Positions 28,738-38,956 of a stretch of 64,000 bases of DNA are shown here, piece by piece. This DNA is from Bacteroidota bacterium (GTDB lineage: Bacteria > Bacteroidota > Ignavibacteria > UBA10030). Position numbers and translations under genes: made by a program. A model generated the notes under the pieces. That model was not told the origin of the DNA. It searched no databases and was given only the letters and a program-made list of their open reading frames with translations. The first letter of the stretch is position 1. Each line of letters begins with the position of its first letter. The stretch lies in contig JBGFRR010000074.1 in assembly GCA_041695045.1 (NCBI GenBank), forward strand, positions 42,776 through 106,775, given 5' to 3'.

Positions 28738-30008
28738 CAGTCCCCATCGACGCCAAAGATCGTCACAGGAAGAATCTCGTTAATCCACGAACGGTCGCCC
28801 GGAGCCCTTACGCGGACATACTCTTGCGTCAAGCCTGTTACGTGGCCCCTCACTTCGTCGGACTCAAACAGAACATCAACAGTTTTGCCGATAAAGCGTT
28901 CGTAGAACGTCTTCCGTTTCCGCGCACTGAGATTACGGAGCCGCTCATTCCGCTTCGCCCTCCCCCGCGGTTCGACAGATCCGCCGAACGATGCTGCGGC
29001 TGTTTTCGGCCGCTCCGAGTACGTGAAGACATGAAGGTACGAAATCGGCATATCAACGAGGAAGCGATAGGTTTCCTCGAACAGCTCGTCGGTCTCGCCG
29101 GGAAACCCGACAATCACATCGGCGCCGACCCCTGCAGACGGGTATGCGGTGATGATTCGCTCGACGCGGTCGGCGTACCAATCGTGCATGTACCGCCGCC
29201 GCATCGACTTGAGGACGGTATCGGAGCCTGATTGAAGCGGCAGGTGGAAATGTTTGCATATCTTCTCCGACGACATCCAGAGTTCGAGCAACGCATCGGT
29301 AAGCAAGTTGGGTTCTACAGAACTGATTCGGATGCGTTGGAGCGCATCAATCCGATCCAACGATTTCAATAACGAAAGGAGACTGAGGCCGATCTTCTTT
29401 CCATAATCCCCAACGTTAACACCGGTGAGGACGATTTCCTTGTAACCCTGAGCGACAAGTTCCCGCGCATGAGCGACAATGTTTTCAACCGGCACGCTGC
29501 GGCTTTCCCCCCGAGCCAGGGGAATCGTGCAGAAGGTGCAGGTATAGTCGCAGCCGTCTTGAACTTTGAGAAATGCGCGCGTCCGCTCGGTCATTCCCGC
29601 CGACGTTGCCGGATTGAACGTATCGACTTCGTCAATCGGAGAGACCATCACCTCGGCACGCTCGCGCTTTTCAAAGCCACCGCTCAGGTTCGGGATGCTG
29701 AACTTCTCGTTCATCCCCAACACAAGGTCAACGCCCTCAATAGCTGAAATCTCGTTTGGCCGGAGCTGGGCGTAACAGCCGGTAACGACGACGAACGCAT
29801 TCGGCGAATACCGCAGCGCGCGGCGGACGATTTGCCTGCACTCGCGGTCGGTACGCTCCGTGACGCTGCACGTATTAATAACGCAGACGTCGGCGGGCTG
29901 GTCGATGTTGACGACCTCGTAGCCAAGTGCGCGGAAGTGCCGACCGATCGTCGAGGTTTCGGCAAAATTCAGCTTGCAGCCTAAGGTATGGAGAGCTATT
30001 CGCTTCAT
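28662..30008 (-). CDS. Radical-SAM methylthiotransferase, MiaB/RimO/MtaB family
   Basis: N-terminal MTTase domain (HTLGCKLN), radical SAM CxxxCxxC (CDYTCTFC) and a C-terminal TRAM domain. Start at MKRIALHTLGC. Confidence 0.88.
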   Translation of the reverse strand: MKRIALHTLGCKLNFAETSTIGRHFRALGYEVVNIDQPADVCVINTCSVTERTDRECRQIVRRALRYSPNAFVVVTGCYAQLRPNEISAIEGVDLVLGMNEKFSIPNLSGGFEKRERAEVMVSPIDEVDTFNPATSAGMTERTRAFLKVQDGCDYTCTFCTIPLARGESRSVPVENIVAHARELVAQGYKEIVLTGVNVGDYGKKIGLSLLSLLKSLDRIDALQRIRISSVEPNLLTDALLELWMSSEKICKHFHLPLQSGSDTVLKSMRRRYMHDWYADRVERIITAYPSAGVGADVIVGFPGETDELFEETYRFLVDMPISYLHVFTYSERPKTAAASFGGSVEPRGRAKRNERLRNLSARKRKTFYERFIGKTVDVLFESDEVRGHVTGLTQEYVRVRAPGDRSWINEILPVTIFGVDGDCCYGLPTASVAVRPPPVRVVEGVFA

Positions 30009-30085
30009 GGGATGGGGAGAAACAAGAAAGAGTTGCCCCTCGAGACACAATTTCCTCTAAGGCAACTCTCCATGGATTTCATCGC

Positions 30086-31834
30086 TTAGTGCTGAGTGCC
30101 GCTGTCGGTATCCGCCGTTGCTTCCGGCGCGCTGACCGGCGTCGAGAAGACGTCTTTCAGCGTCATCGGAGCCAACTTGTGCGATGCGACATACTCATCG
30201 AACATCTTCTGCTCTTTCCCGCGGAGATATTCGAGCACTGACAGGACAATCTTCTTGCTGTCCTTGTCGAACTCGATGACCTTTAACGGAAGCATCGTTC
30301 CGACCGGGAATGATTCAGTCAGATTCTTGATCGGCGTTTGCGACAATTGCGAGAGCGGCACGAAGCCGTCGACACCGAGCGGAAGTTCAATGATCACACC
30401 CTTCTCGACGATGCGAACAACTTTGCCTTCGACTTCCGTCCCAACGCTGTAAGCAACAGCGAAGGCTTCCCACGGATTATCTTGGAGTTGCTTGTGGCCG
30501 AGCGAGATGCGTCGCTGGGAGACATCGATGTTGAGGATCACAACATCCAACTTGTCCCCCTTCTTAACCACCTCGCCGGGATGGCGCACCTTCTTGGTCC
30601 ACGAGAGGTCGGAGATGTGGACGAGGCCGTCGACGCCTTCTTCAAGCTCCACAAACACGCCGAAGTTGGTGAGGTTGCGAACGATGCCGGTGCGCCGCGA
30701 ACCGACGGGATATTTTTCGAGGAGGGTATTCCACGGATCCGGCTCGAGCTGCTTCATACCGAGGGAGATTTTCTTTCCTTCGCTGTCGAGCGAAAGGATG
30801 ACCGCTTCGACAATCTGTCCCATCGAGACCATTTGCGAGGGATGCTTGACGTGCTGCGTCCAGCTCATCTCGGAAATGTGGATGAGGCCTTCGATGCCCT
30901 TTTCGATTTCGACAAACGCACCGTAATCAGTAAGCGAAACGACCTTGCCCTGGATTTTCGTGCCGACGGGATACTTGAGGTCTACGTGTTCCCACGGATG
31001 CGGCAGAAGCTGCTTCATGCCCAACGAGATGCGCTTTTTGTCCTGGTCGAAGTCGATCACAACGACGTTGACTGTTTGGTCGAGCTTCACAACTTCCGAG
31101 GGATGGCTGACGCGTCCCCATGAGAGGTCGGTAATGTGGACGAGTCCATCCACGCCACCGAGGTCGACGAAGACACCGAAGTCGGTAATCGCCTTCACGT
31201 GGCCTTCGAGGATCTGTCCCTTCTCGAGATGTTCGAGAATTGCCTTGCGCTGGCCGGAGAGTTCCTCTTCGACAAGCACCTTGTGACTCACCACGACGTT
31301 TTCGGACGGATGATTGACCTTCACAACACGGAAGTCCATTTCTTTGCCGATGAAGGCGTCGAAGTCGCGCACAGGCCGAACGTCGATCTGCGAGCCGGGG
31401 AGAAACGCATCGATTCCCAGCAGGTCGACAACGATACCGCCTTTAGTGCGACGGACACAACGACCGCGCAGCACTTCGCCGGTCTCGTGGGCTTTCATCA
31501 CGCGTTCCCATACACGCATGAAATCTGCCCGTTTGCGCGAAAGGACTAATTGACCGTCTTTGTCTTCGACGGATTCGAGGTACACTTCGACTTGATCGCC
31601 GATGTTGAGGCCGCTCAGGTTCGGGAATTCGGCAATGGGTATTTGCCCCTCCGACTTGAACCCAATATCGACGGTCACGTACTGCTCACCGATGTGGACA
31701 ATGCGTCCGGTAACGATTTCACCCTGACTGATCTTCGCCAGCGTGCCTTCATACAGCTTGGCAAGCTCTTGAAACTCGCTCTCGGTGTATTCCCGCTCTT
31801 CGAGTCCGTTCAGAGCATGAGATGCTTCTACCAT
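30086..31834 (-). CDS. rpsA: 30S ribosomal protein S1
   Basis: 582 aa with six S1 repeats (recurrent GxVxG...HISE/HISD...SW motifs). Confidence 0.95.
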   Translation of the reverse strand: MVEASHALNGLEEREYTESEFQELAKLYEGTLAKISQGEIVTGRIVHIGEQYVTVDIGFKSEGQIPIAEFPNLSGLNIGDQVEVYLESVEDKDGQLVLSRKRADFMRVWERVMKAHETGEVLRGRCVRRTKGGIVVDLLGIDAFLPGSQIDVRPVRDFDAFIGKEMDFRVVKVNHPSENVVVSHKVLVEEELSGQRKAILEHLEKGQILEGHVKAITDFGVFVDLGGVDGLVHITDLSWGRVSHPSEVVKLDQTVNVVVIDFDQDKKRISLGMKQLLPHPWEHVDLKYPVGTKIQGKVVSLTDYGAFVEIEKGIEGLIHISEMSWTQHVKHPSQMVSMGQIVEAVILSLDSEGKKISLGMKQLEPDPWNTLLEKYPVGSRRTGIVRNLTNFGVFVELEEGVDGLVHISDLSWTKKVRHPGEVVKKGDKLDVVILNIDVSQRRISLGHKQLQDNPWEAFAVAYSVGTEVEGKVVRIVEKGVIIELPLGVDGFVPLSQLSQTPIKNLTESFPVGTMLPLKVIEFDKDSKKIVLSVLEYLRGKEQKMFDEYVASHKLAPMTLKDVFSTPVSAPEATADTDSGTQH

Positions 31835-31980
31835 TCAACCTCCTGGAACAATTTCTCCGTCAACGACGGAAATTCTGCTTCCGTGTTCTCACCGGTGCCA
31901 GTCATCAATATACCGAAGAGCAACCGTGAGCAGAGTTTGATGTGGGTGGATAATTCGTGAATTGGTGATGACTGTAACGC

Positions 31981-32901
31981 TTATGCAACCCCAACCGCTT
32001 CGTTGGGGACCGGCAGCGCAAACCGCTCCTCGATTGCCTGCTTCACGTTCACCATCAACCATTGTGGCGTGGAAGTGGCGCCGGTGATGCCGACGGTTGT
32101 CGCACCGGCAAACCACTCGGCTTGCAATTCGGGAACATCTTCAATGAAGTAGGTGCGCGAGTTTTCTTCTTTGGCGATCCCGTACAGCACCTTACCGTTC
32201 GAGCTGTGCCGCCCTGCAACGAAGATGATCACATCGTTCGCACGGGCAAACTCTCGCAGCTTCTTGTCACGACCGGAAACTTGGCCGCAGATCGTATCCT
32301 TTGCATGAAACTCAATCGCCTCATCTTCAATTGAGCCGACGACAAGGTCTTTGATACGCTTGCTCAGTTCGTCCTTGATCGTATAAAACGTCGGCTTGTC
32401 CATCGTCGTCTGTGAGAAGAGCACCGTCTTGCGGTTGAGAGCGACGTTCTCGATTTCCTCCACCGATCTGATCACGACTGCTTCGCCATTCGTTTGCCCG
32501 ATGAGACCGACAACCTCTGCATGCTCTTTCTTCCCCAAAATGACAATCTGATAGCCGTCGAGGTAAAACTTCCGGATACGCTCTTGCACTTTTGTTACAA
32601 CCGGGCAGGTCGCATCGATGATGGTGATGCCGAGCTCTTGTGCTTTCTGGTAGGTTGACGGCGGCTCGCCGTGCGCACGGATGAGAACCTTCGTGCCTTT
32701 CAGCCGGTCGAAATCCTGATGCGAAATAGTCTTCAGCCCCTTTTCACCCAGTCGCTTGATCTCCATCGGGTTGTGAATGATGTCGCCGAGTGAATACAGT
32801 TGCTCGCCGCTCTCGGCAAGCTCTTGCTCGGCAATCTCGATGGTGCGCACGACGCCCCAGCAGAATCCTGAGTGTTGATCGATGGCAACTGTTAGGCTCA
32901 T
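31981..32901 (-). CDS. ispH: 4-hydroxy-3-methylbut-2-enyl diphosphate reductase
   Basis: 306 aa. LytB fold with three conserved Cys (GFCWGV, ATCPVV, TICGQV). Confidence 0.93.
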   Translation of the reverse strand: MSLTVAIDQHSGFCWGVVRTIEIAEQELAESGEQLYSLGDIIHNPMEIKRLGEKGLKTISHQDFDRLKGTKVLIRAHGEPPSTYQKAQELGITIIDATCPVVTKVQERIRKFYLDGYQIVILGKKEHAEVVGLIGQTNGEAVVIRSVEEIENVALNRKTVLFSQTTMDKPTFYTIKDELSKRIKDLVVGSIEDEAIEFHAKDTICGQVSGRDKKLREFARANDVIIFVAGRHSSNGKVLYGIAKEENSRTYFIEDVPELQAEWFAGATTVGITGATSTPQWLMVNVKQAIEERFALPVPNEAVGVA

Positions 32902-33582
32902 TCAGTTCTTTGCTTCGATAATCTCTTTGGTCTTTTTCACGATGAACGTTACTTGCTCGTCAATGGTCATATTCGAGGTGTCGAGCTCGATAGCATCCGG
33001 GGCTTTGCGCAGTGGACTCACGTCGCGTGTGGAATCCAACGCGTCACGCTGGATCAATTCATCCCGAATTCTTGCCTCGTCTGCACCGCCGCCGGCGGCT
33101 TCCAATTCTCGTTTCCTTCGCCGCGCTCGCTCATCGACATTCGCCACCATGAACACCTTCAAGTCGGCATTCGGCAACACGACCGTGCCGATATCCCGCC
33201 CTTCCAACACCACTCCTCCCTGCTCGGCCATCCTGCGTTGTTCACGCACCAACACGGAACGCACAGGCTGGTAGCTACTCACCGTGCTGACGCTCTTAGT
33301 AACGTTTGGCGAGCGAATTGCCTCTGTAACGTCCCGTCCATCAATGAAAACGGCGTTGCCGTCGTTCGACCGCTCTAGCCGGATTTGCGTTTCCTCCGCT
33401 ACCTTGCTGATGCGGTCAGCATCATTGAGTGGGATTCCTTCCTCTAACACCCGGAGGGTAATCGCCCGATACATCGCCCCCGTGTCGATGTGTAAATAGC
33501 CCAATTGCTTCGCCACGAGGCGGGCTGTTGTGCTTTTCCCGGAGGCTGCCGGACCGTCGATGGCGATAACAATCTTCTTCAA
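32902..33582 (-). CDS. cmk: Cytidylate kinase
   Basis: IAIDGPAASGKST P-loop and the cmk family pattern. Conserved cmk-ispH-rpsA arrangement. Confidence 0.93.
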   Translation of the reverse strand: MKKIVIAIDGPAASGKSTTARLVAKQLGYLHIDTGAMYRAITLRVLEEGIPLNDADRISKVAEETQIRLERSNDGNAVFIDGRDVTEAIRSPNVTKSVSTVSSYQPVRSVLVREQRRMAEQGGVVLEGRDIGTVVLPNADLKVFMVANVDERARRRKRELEAAGGGADEARIRDELIQRDALDSTRDVSPLRKAPDAIELDTSNMTIDEQVTFIVKKTKEIIEAKN

Positions 33583-33599
33583 AGGATTTCAAAAAATTC

Positions 33600-34247
33600 G
33601 TGTTCAATATAGCGAAATTATCGATGGCGAGCAAACGAAGAAACCGTGTTGGTTCGGCAATTTTGCAGTATCTTCCACACTCTATGAAGAAGCTTTCACA
33701 TGACGAAATTGAGAAAAAACGACTGAAATTGGAGATGGTTGACCGCGCCTCCCGCGTGCCCATCGTTGTGCTCATCGATAATGTACGGAGTCTCTATAAC
33801 GTGGGCTCGATCTTCCGAACCTCCGACGGAGCGATGATCCAGAAGCTTCTGCTCACGGGCTACACGCCGCGTCCTCCACGCAAGGAGATCGAGAAGACCG
33901 CGCTCGGAGCAACGAAGAGTGTGCCGTGGGAGTATGTCCGCAACCCGCTCGAGGCCATTGCTTCGCTGAAGCGATCCGGCTTCCGCATCTACTCGCTTGA
34001 ACTCACCGACCGAAGCATCCCCTACACCGAGGTGCCGCACGAAGCGTTCCCGCTCTGTCTCATCATCGGCAACGAAATCACCGGCGTGTCGCAGACGATT
34101 CTCCATGAATGCGATGGGGCGATTGAAATTCCGATGTTCGGTATCAAGCAGTCGCTGAACGTCGCCGTGGCATACGGAATCGCCCTCTTTGAGCTTGCAC
34201 GCATCTGGAGAACGACGTCGGGTCAGATATCAAACGCCAGCGTGTAA
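33600..34247 (+). CDS. SpoU/TrmH-family RNA 2'-O-methyltransferase
   Basis: SPOUT fold with LIDNVRSLYNVGSIFRTSDGA and LIIGNEITGVS motifs. Confidence 0.8.
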   Translation: MFNIAKLSMASKRRNRVGSAILQYLPHSMKKLSHDEIEKKRLKLEMVDRASRVPIVVLIDNVRSLYNVGSIFRTSDGAMIQKLLLTGYTPRPPRKEIEKTALGATKSVPWEYVRNPLEAIASLKRSGFRIYSLELTDRSIPYTEVPHEAFPLCLIIGNEITGVSQTILHECDGAIEIPMFGIKQSLNVAVAYGIALFELARIWRTTSGQISNASV

Positions 34248-34882
34248 TAATCCTGCTGCTCGTGCGTGTGGATGCGCAGAACGCCGGCACGCACAAGTTG
34301 AATGAGAATGCGTGACGCACGGCGGCGCGAGATGTTCACAAGCTCGCCGAACTCCTTCACCGTAATGCGGTTGTGTCCCTGCAGATAATCCAACAGGCGC
34401 CGTTCCGGCTCGCCGATGGAAATCCGCAGCGGCGCGGCTGTAGGACTTTCCGCCTCAAGTATCCTCACCACCTCTTTGCTCGCTAACACGGTCTTGTCCT
34501 TGACGCGGATGAAGACTTTCGAGTCGTCGTCGCTTTCTCCGTTGCCATCCCCCAGGTAGCTGTGCGGCTTCTGGTCGCTTTCCCGCACAACGACGGCAAT
34601 GATGTCTCGGCCTTTACGCGAGATGATCTCGATCCTCGGCTTAATCGGCGGATCGCAGAGGTATGACCCCGCGTGTTGAATCATCTCCACTTCTTCTTTC
34701 TCGCTTTCCACGCCGACGATTGTGCTGTCGTCGTCCACGCCAAAGAGGATCGTACCGCCTTTCGTGTTCGCGAAGGCGATGAGTGCACGCGCAATTTTTC
34801 CCGGCGAGGAAACCTTTCGTTTGAACTCGATCCGAAAGCCTTCTCCTTCTTCGAGGAGGAGTTCGATGTCTTTGAAGTTCAT
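34223..34882 (-). CDS. AlbA_2/Schlafen-like 'divergent AAA' domain protein with C-terminal HTH (putative transcriptional regulator)
   Basis: N-terminal EGFRIEFKRK...IAFANTKGGTILFGVDD pattern of the AlbA_2 domain. C-terminal wHTH (ITVKEFGELVNISRRRASRIL). Confidence 0.65.
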   Translation of the reverse strand: MNFKDIELLLEEGEGFRIEFKRKVSSPGKIARALIAFANTKGGTILFGVDDDSTIVGVESEKEEVEMIQHAGSYLCDPPIKPRIEIISRKGRDIIAVVVRESDQKPHSYLGDGNGESDDDSKVFIRVKDKTVLASKEVVRILEAESPTAAPLRISIGEPERRLLDYLQGHNRITVKEFGELVNISRRRASRILIQLVRAGVLRIHTHEQQDYYTLAFDI

Positions 34883-35004
34883 GGCTTGCTGTTAATGTTA
34901 CGCACTGACGGATATGTCGTCCCGCCGGGAAACGGCGGGACTTCAATTTAACTTTCTTGACTCGCTACCAACTTTTCGTCCTACGGGACGATGAGGAACT
35001 ATCC

Positions 35005-35090
35005 GTTGTGAGGGAGTAAGATTGAGGTTGTGAGGGAGTTGAACTCCCGAACAACCGTCTGTCCACTGTCCTCGGGAGTACAACTCCCTC
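35005..35090. repeat. Tandem 13-bp direct repeat (gttgtgagggagt x2) plus two related stem-loops (gggagttgaactccc / gggagtacaactccc)
   Basis: Intergenic element between mtgA and the AlbA_2 gene. An extended imperfect stem, ggttgtgagggag/ctcccgaacaacc, encloses a TTGAA loop. Confidence 0.55.
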
Positions 35091-35121
35091 GGAACATAAG
35101 GAGAACTTTCAATCTTTGGGT

Positions 35122-35838
35122 TCAGTATCCCCTTGCCGCCATGCGAGAAAGAATCAACCGCGCCCGGCGGGTTACATACCGCCCATCCGAATCGGCACGG
35201 TAGCGCTTCGGGCTTGGGATGATTGCGGCCAAACGAGCCGCCTCCTCCCGCGTCAATCCGGCAGCAGACTTTCCAAAGTACGCTTGTGCCGCGCTCTCTA
35301 TGCCATACATACCGTCGCCCCACTCGATGACATTCAGATACACTTCAAGAATTCGCTGCTTGCTCAGCGTTCGCTCCATGTGCCACGTGAGAATCCATTC
35401 ATTGAGTTTGCGCAGGGGGTTTTTGGATGCGGAGAGATACAAGTTCTTTACAAGCTGTTGGGTAATGGTGCTTCCACCTCGGGCAAAGCGGAATTCTCTC
35501 AAATTCTTTTTGAGGGATTCGCCGATCTCATACCAATCGAATCCCTCATGCGAGAAAAACGACCCGTCCTCAGCCACAACCACTGCATGAACAACATGGG
35601 GAGAAACTGCACTCAGCGGAACCCATCGATGTCTCTTGCGGAACTGCTTCCCTGCGCGCTCGGCTTCTTCGGCATGGGCGCGCATAAATGCCGTCTCCAT
35701 GGGATTCTTCCGCTGTAACTCGGAGATGTCGCTAAACGGCAACCGTGCGACGTTGAGCACAAACAACGCAACAAGCACGATGCCCAACGTCTTCCAGCGA
35801 TTGGCTCTGATCCAGCGAACAAGCGCGCTCTGCTCCAT
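35122..35838 (-). CDS. mtgA: Monofunctional biosynthetic peptidoglycan transglycosylase
   Basis: GT51 motifs (VVAEDGSFFSHEGFD; GGSTITQQLVKN; RILEVYLN). Confidence 0.93.
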   Translation of the reverse strand: MEQSALVRWIRANRWKTLGIVLVALFVLNVARLPFSDISELQRKNPMETAFMRAHAEEAERAGKQFRKRHRWVPLSAVSPHVVHAVVVAEDGSFFSHEGFDWYEIGESLKKNLREFRFARGGSTITQQLVKNLYLSASKNPLRKLNEWILTWHMERTLSKQRILEVYLNVIEWGDGMYGIESAAQAYFGKSAAGLTREEAARLAAIIPSPKRYRADSDGRYVTRRARLILSRMAARGY

Positions 35839-35839
35839 C

Positions 35840-36277
35840 TCAGCAACTCATCGACCGCTTGGCGCTATCTAAAAAACTTTGCAAGATAATGGCTGCTGCC
35901 ATCGCATCCACCCGCCCCTTGTCTGTGCGGCGCTCTTTCTTTTTTGTGCCCAAAGAGAGAAGCGTTTGCTGGGCGATGGTACTCGTAAATCGCTCATCCC
36001 ACAACACGGCCGCCACGCCGGTTTGGTCCTTGAGTCGAGCGACGAACTGTTCAACCTCCTGCGCCTTGTGAGCTTTCTGCCCTTTCAGGTTGAGCGGCAT
36101 TCCCACAACCACGAGCGTTGCGCCGTGCTGCTTGATCAGCTTTGCCAATCGCTCGATAGCGGTGGCGTCATTCTTCAGCGTTTCCAGCGGCTGAGCGATG
36201 ATGCCAAGGGGATCGCTCAGCGAGACGCCGATGCGCGCCGTCCCATAATCGATACCGAGAACGCGTGATGAGCTCAC
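35840..36277 (-). CDS. ruvX: Holliday junction resolvase-like protein YqgF/RuvX
   Basis: VLGIDYGTARIGVSLSD N-terminus of the RNase H-like YqgF family. Confidence 0.92.
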   Translation of the reverse strand: MSSSRVLGIDYGTARIGVSLSDPLGIIAQPLETLKNDATAIERLAKLIKQHGATLVVVGMPLNLKGQKAHKAQEVEQFVARLKDQTGVAAVLWDERFTSTIAQQTLLSLGTKKKERRTDKGRVDAMAAAIILQSFLDSAKRSMSC

Positions 36278-36633
36278 GAGCTTTTCCTGAGCGAGTGCTG
36301 TGAGAGGAGCGCGTCGTCCATCGGTTGACTGAGGAACTGCTTCAGGATTTTCCCCGGCTTGAAGTGCGATTTACGATGCGTTGGCACAAAGATCGTTTCT
36401 CCCGTCCGTGGGTTGCGTGCTTTGGGCTTGGATTTTGTCAGCTTCACTTCGAAGACGCCGAAGTCGCGAATCTCCACGCGCAGCTCGGGGTCGGCGGACA
36501 TCATCGTTTCGCGTAGCGATTGGAAGACAGCGTCGGTCCATTGTAGAGCGCGGGCAACGTTCTCGCCGCGCAGCTGTGCGGCGTAACGCGCGAGGTCTTT
36601 TTTGGTGTACGTCTTAACCGTTCGGGTTGTCAT
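36274..36633 (-). CDS. HU/IHF-family DNA-binding protein
   Basis: 119 aa with the characteristic RNPRTGE arm motif (RNPRTGETIFVPTHRKSHFKPGK). Confidence 0.85.
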   Translation of the reverse strand: MTTRTVKTYTKKDLARYAAQLRGENVARALQWTDAVFQSLRETMMSADPELRVEIRDFGVFEVKLTKSKPKARNPRTGETIFVPTHRKSHFKPGKILKQFLSQPMDDALLSQHSLRKSS

Positions 36634-36664
36634 GGCAAACTCCCGTCGCCCGGTTTACGAGAAG

Positions 36665-38866
36665 TCAGCCGAGAAATCGTTCTGCCTCGGTTACGCCCGG
36701 TACACGTCGGATCTTCTCAATCAGGCGCGCAAGATGGTCGGTGTTCTTCACGTAGAGGATAATCTGCCCAGTGAACAGCTGGTCTTTCGTGTCGACATTG
36801 ACGCTGCGGATGTTGGTATTCTGATAGCTGGAGATCGCATGCGTGATGTCGCTGAGCAAGCCGGGGCGATCCTTGCCCGCGATTGTCACGGCTGCGATGA
36901 AGTCCGCGCCGTTCGCCGCCGGCCACGAAACATCCACCACGCGCTCGCTTAACGTCATCCGCATGGAGATGACGTTCTGACAATCCTTGCGATGAATCTT
37001 GATACCGTCGCCGATCGTCACAAAGCCGACGATCTCATCGCCGGGGATAGGATTGCAGCATTTGGCGTACTGGTGGAGGAAGTTATCACGCGAGCCGAAC
37101 ACAGAAATCCCCTGCGCAACGTCTCGCGCAGTGTCGATGAACTTCGAGAAGAGCGATTGTCGCTCCTCTGCGAGCTTCAGCGCCCCGTCGGCGCCGGAAC
37201 GCTTGGAGTACTCCAGAAGATGCAGGATGATGCCGTCGACATCGACTTCCTCCCCGGCGATGGCCTGATAGAATTTCTGGATGTTGTCAAACTTAAGCGA
37301 GTGGACGAACTTCGTCAGATGGTCTTCGTTAATGTGCAGTTTGTGCCGCTTGATTTTCTTCTCCCACACTTCCTTTCCCTGCTCGGCAATGCGGCGGGAT
37401 TCTTCGCGGATCCACTTGCGGATCTGCATTTTCGCTTTGTGAGTAACGACAAACTTTTCCCAGTCGGCGTTCGGCGTTTGGTTCTTCGACGTGATGATCT
37501 CGACCTGATCGCCGCTGCGGAGAAGCGTGTTGAGCGGCACGATGCGGCCGTTGACCTTTGCACCGATACAGTGCCAACCGACATCGGTGTGAACGTCGAA
37601 CGCAAAATCGACGGGTGTCGCGTTGCGTGGAAGAATCTTCAAATCGCCTTTCGGTGTGAACACGTAAATTTCATCCTGGTAGAGCGTGAGCTTGAAGCTC
37701 TCCATCAACTCACGCGGGGCATCGTCGGTCTTCTGCTCGAAAATCTCCCGCACCCAGTTGATCCAATTCTCCAACTCCTTATCGATTTGCGCTTTACTGT
37801 CTTTATAAAACCAGTGAGCGGCGACGCCCTTCTCTGCCACTTCGTGCATTGCACGCGTACGAATCTGTACCTCAACTAACTTCCCCCCCGGGCCCACAAC
37901 AGTCGTGTGAATCGATTGATAACCATTTTTCTTGGGAAGCGAAATGTAGTCCTTGAATCGCTCCGAAATCGGCTTGTAGGTTTCCGTGACGATGCCGTAC
38001 GCGATGAAGCAGTCGTTGTTGTCGGACGTGTCGAGGATAATACGGACAGCGAAGAGGTCGTAAATCTCGTCCAACGGTTTGTTCCGCTTCACCATCTTGT
38101 TGTAGATGCTGTAGAGGTGCTTCGGCCGTCCTTCGACCTCGTATCGGAGCTCGGCTTGCTGCAGTTTTTTTTCAATGGGTGCGACGAATTTTTTAATGTA
38201 GTGTTCGCGCTCTCTCCGTCTCGACTTGAGCTGTCGGGCAAGGTCGGCGTACTCTTTTCGGTAGAGGTATTTGAACGAAAGGTCTTCTAATTCCCACTTG
38301 ATCTTCGCCAGGCCGAAGCGGTGCGCGAACGGCGCGTAGATTTCCAGCGTCTCTTTCGCGAGTCGCTGCTGTTTTTCCGGCGGAAGGTACTCGAGCGTGC
38401 GCATATTGTGGAGGCGGTCAGCGAACTTCACCAACATTACGCGAATGTCGTTCACCATGGAGAGGAGGAGCTTGCGATAACTTTCCGCCGCGGTCACTTC
38501 GTGGCTGCGGAAGATGTCGGTAATCTTCGTTGCGCCGTCGACAATATCGGCTACCTCGTCGCCAAACTCCGCGCGGATGTCCTTCAGCTCAAAGTCGGTA
38601 TCTTCAACCACGTCGTGAAGGAGTGCGGCCACAACAGAGGCATCGTCCAGCGGAATTTCTTTTGCGACGATGAGAGCAACCTCGTACGGATGGTTAAAGT
38701 AGAGCTCGCCGGATGCGCGTCGATTGTGTTTGTGAGCAGCGAGGCTCATCTCGAAGGCGCGCGTGATCAGACCCTCGTTCACGCTCCGAAGGTTCGCGCG
38801 ACAGACCACCAGGAGCTCATCGAGCTTCTTCTTGATCTGTCCGTTCATTGTTACGGTTTCGGCCAT
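36665..38866 (-). CDS. Bifunctional (p)ppGpp synthetase/hydrolase RelA/SpoT
   Basis: 733 aa with HD hydrolase (HDVVED), RelA_SpoT synthetase, TGS and ACT domains. Confidence 0.95.
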   Translation of the reverse strand: MAETVTMNGQIKKKLDELLVVCRANLRSVNEGLITRAFEMSLAAHKHNRRASGELYFNHPYEVALIVAKEIPLDDASVVAALLHDVVEDTDFELKDIRAEFGDEVADIVDGATKITDIFRSHEVTAAESYRKLLLSMVNDIRVMLVKFADRLHNMRTLEYLPPEKQQRLAKETLEIYAPFAHRFGLAKIKWELEDLSFKYLYRKEYADLARQLKSRRREREHYIKKFVAPIEKKLQQAELRYEVEGRPKHLYSIYNKMVKRNKPLDEIYDLFAVRIILDTSDNNDCFIAYGIVTETYKPISERFKDYISLPKKNGYQSIHTTVVGPGGKLVEVQIRTRAMHEVAEKGVAAHWFYKDSKAQIDKELENWINWVREIFEQKTDDAPRELMESFKLTLYQDEIYVFTPKGDLKILPRNATPVDFAFDVHTDVGWHCIGAKVNGRIVPLNTLLRSGDQVEIITSKNQTPNADWEKFVVTHKAKMQIRKWIREESRRIAEQGKEVWEKKIKRHKLHINEDHLTKFVHSLKFDNIQKFYQAIAGEEVDVDGIILHLLEYSKRSGADGALKLAEERQSLFSKFIDTARDVAQGISVFGSRDNFLHQYAKCCNPIPGDEIVGFVTIGDGIKIHRKDCQNVISMRMTLSERVVDVSWPAANGADFIAAVTIAGKDRPGLLSDITHAISSYQNTNIRSVNVDTKDQLFTGQIILYVKNTDHLARLIEKIRRVPGVTEAERFLG

Positions 38867-38956
38867 AGCTATTCGGCGGGGCTTCCTGGAGTCAAATCAA
38901 CAGCTTACCACCTCAATTGGAATATAGGGAATAGCGGGTGAATGTCAAGCACGCCG

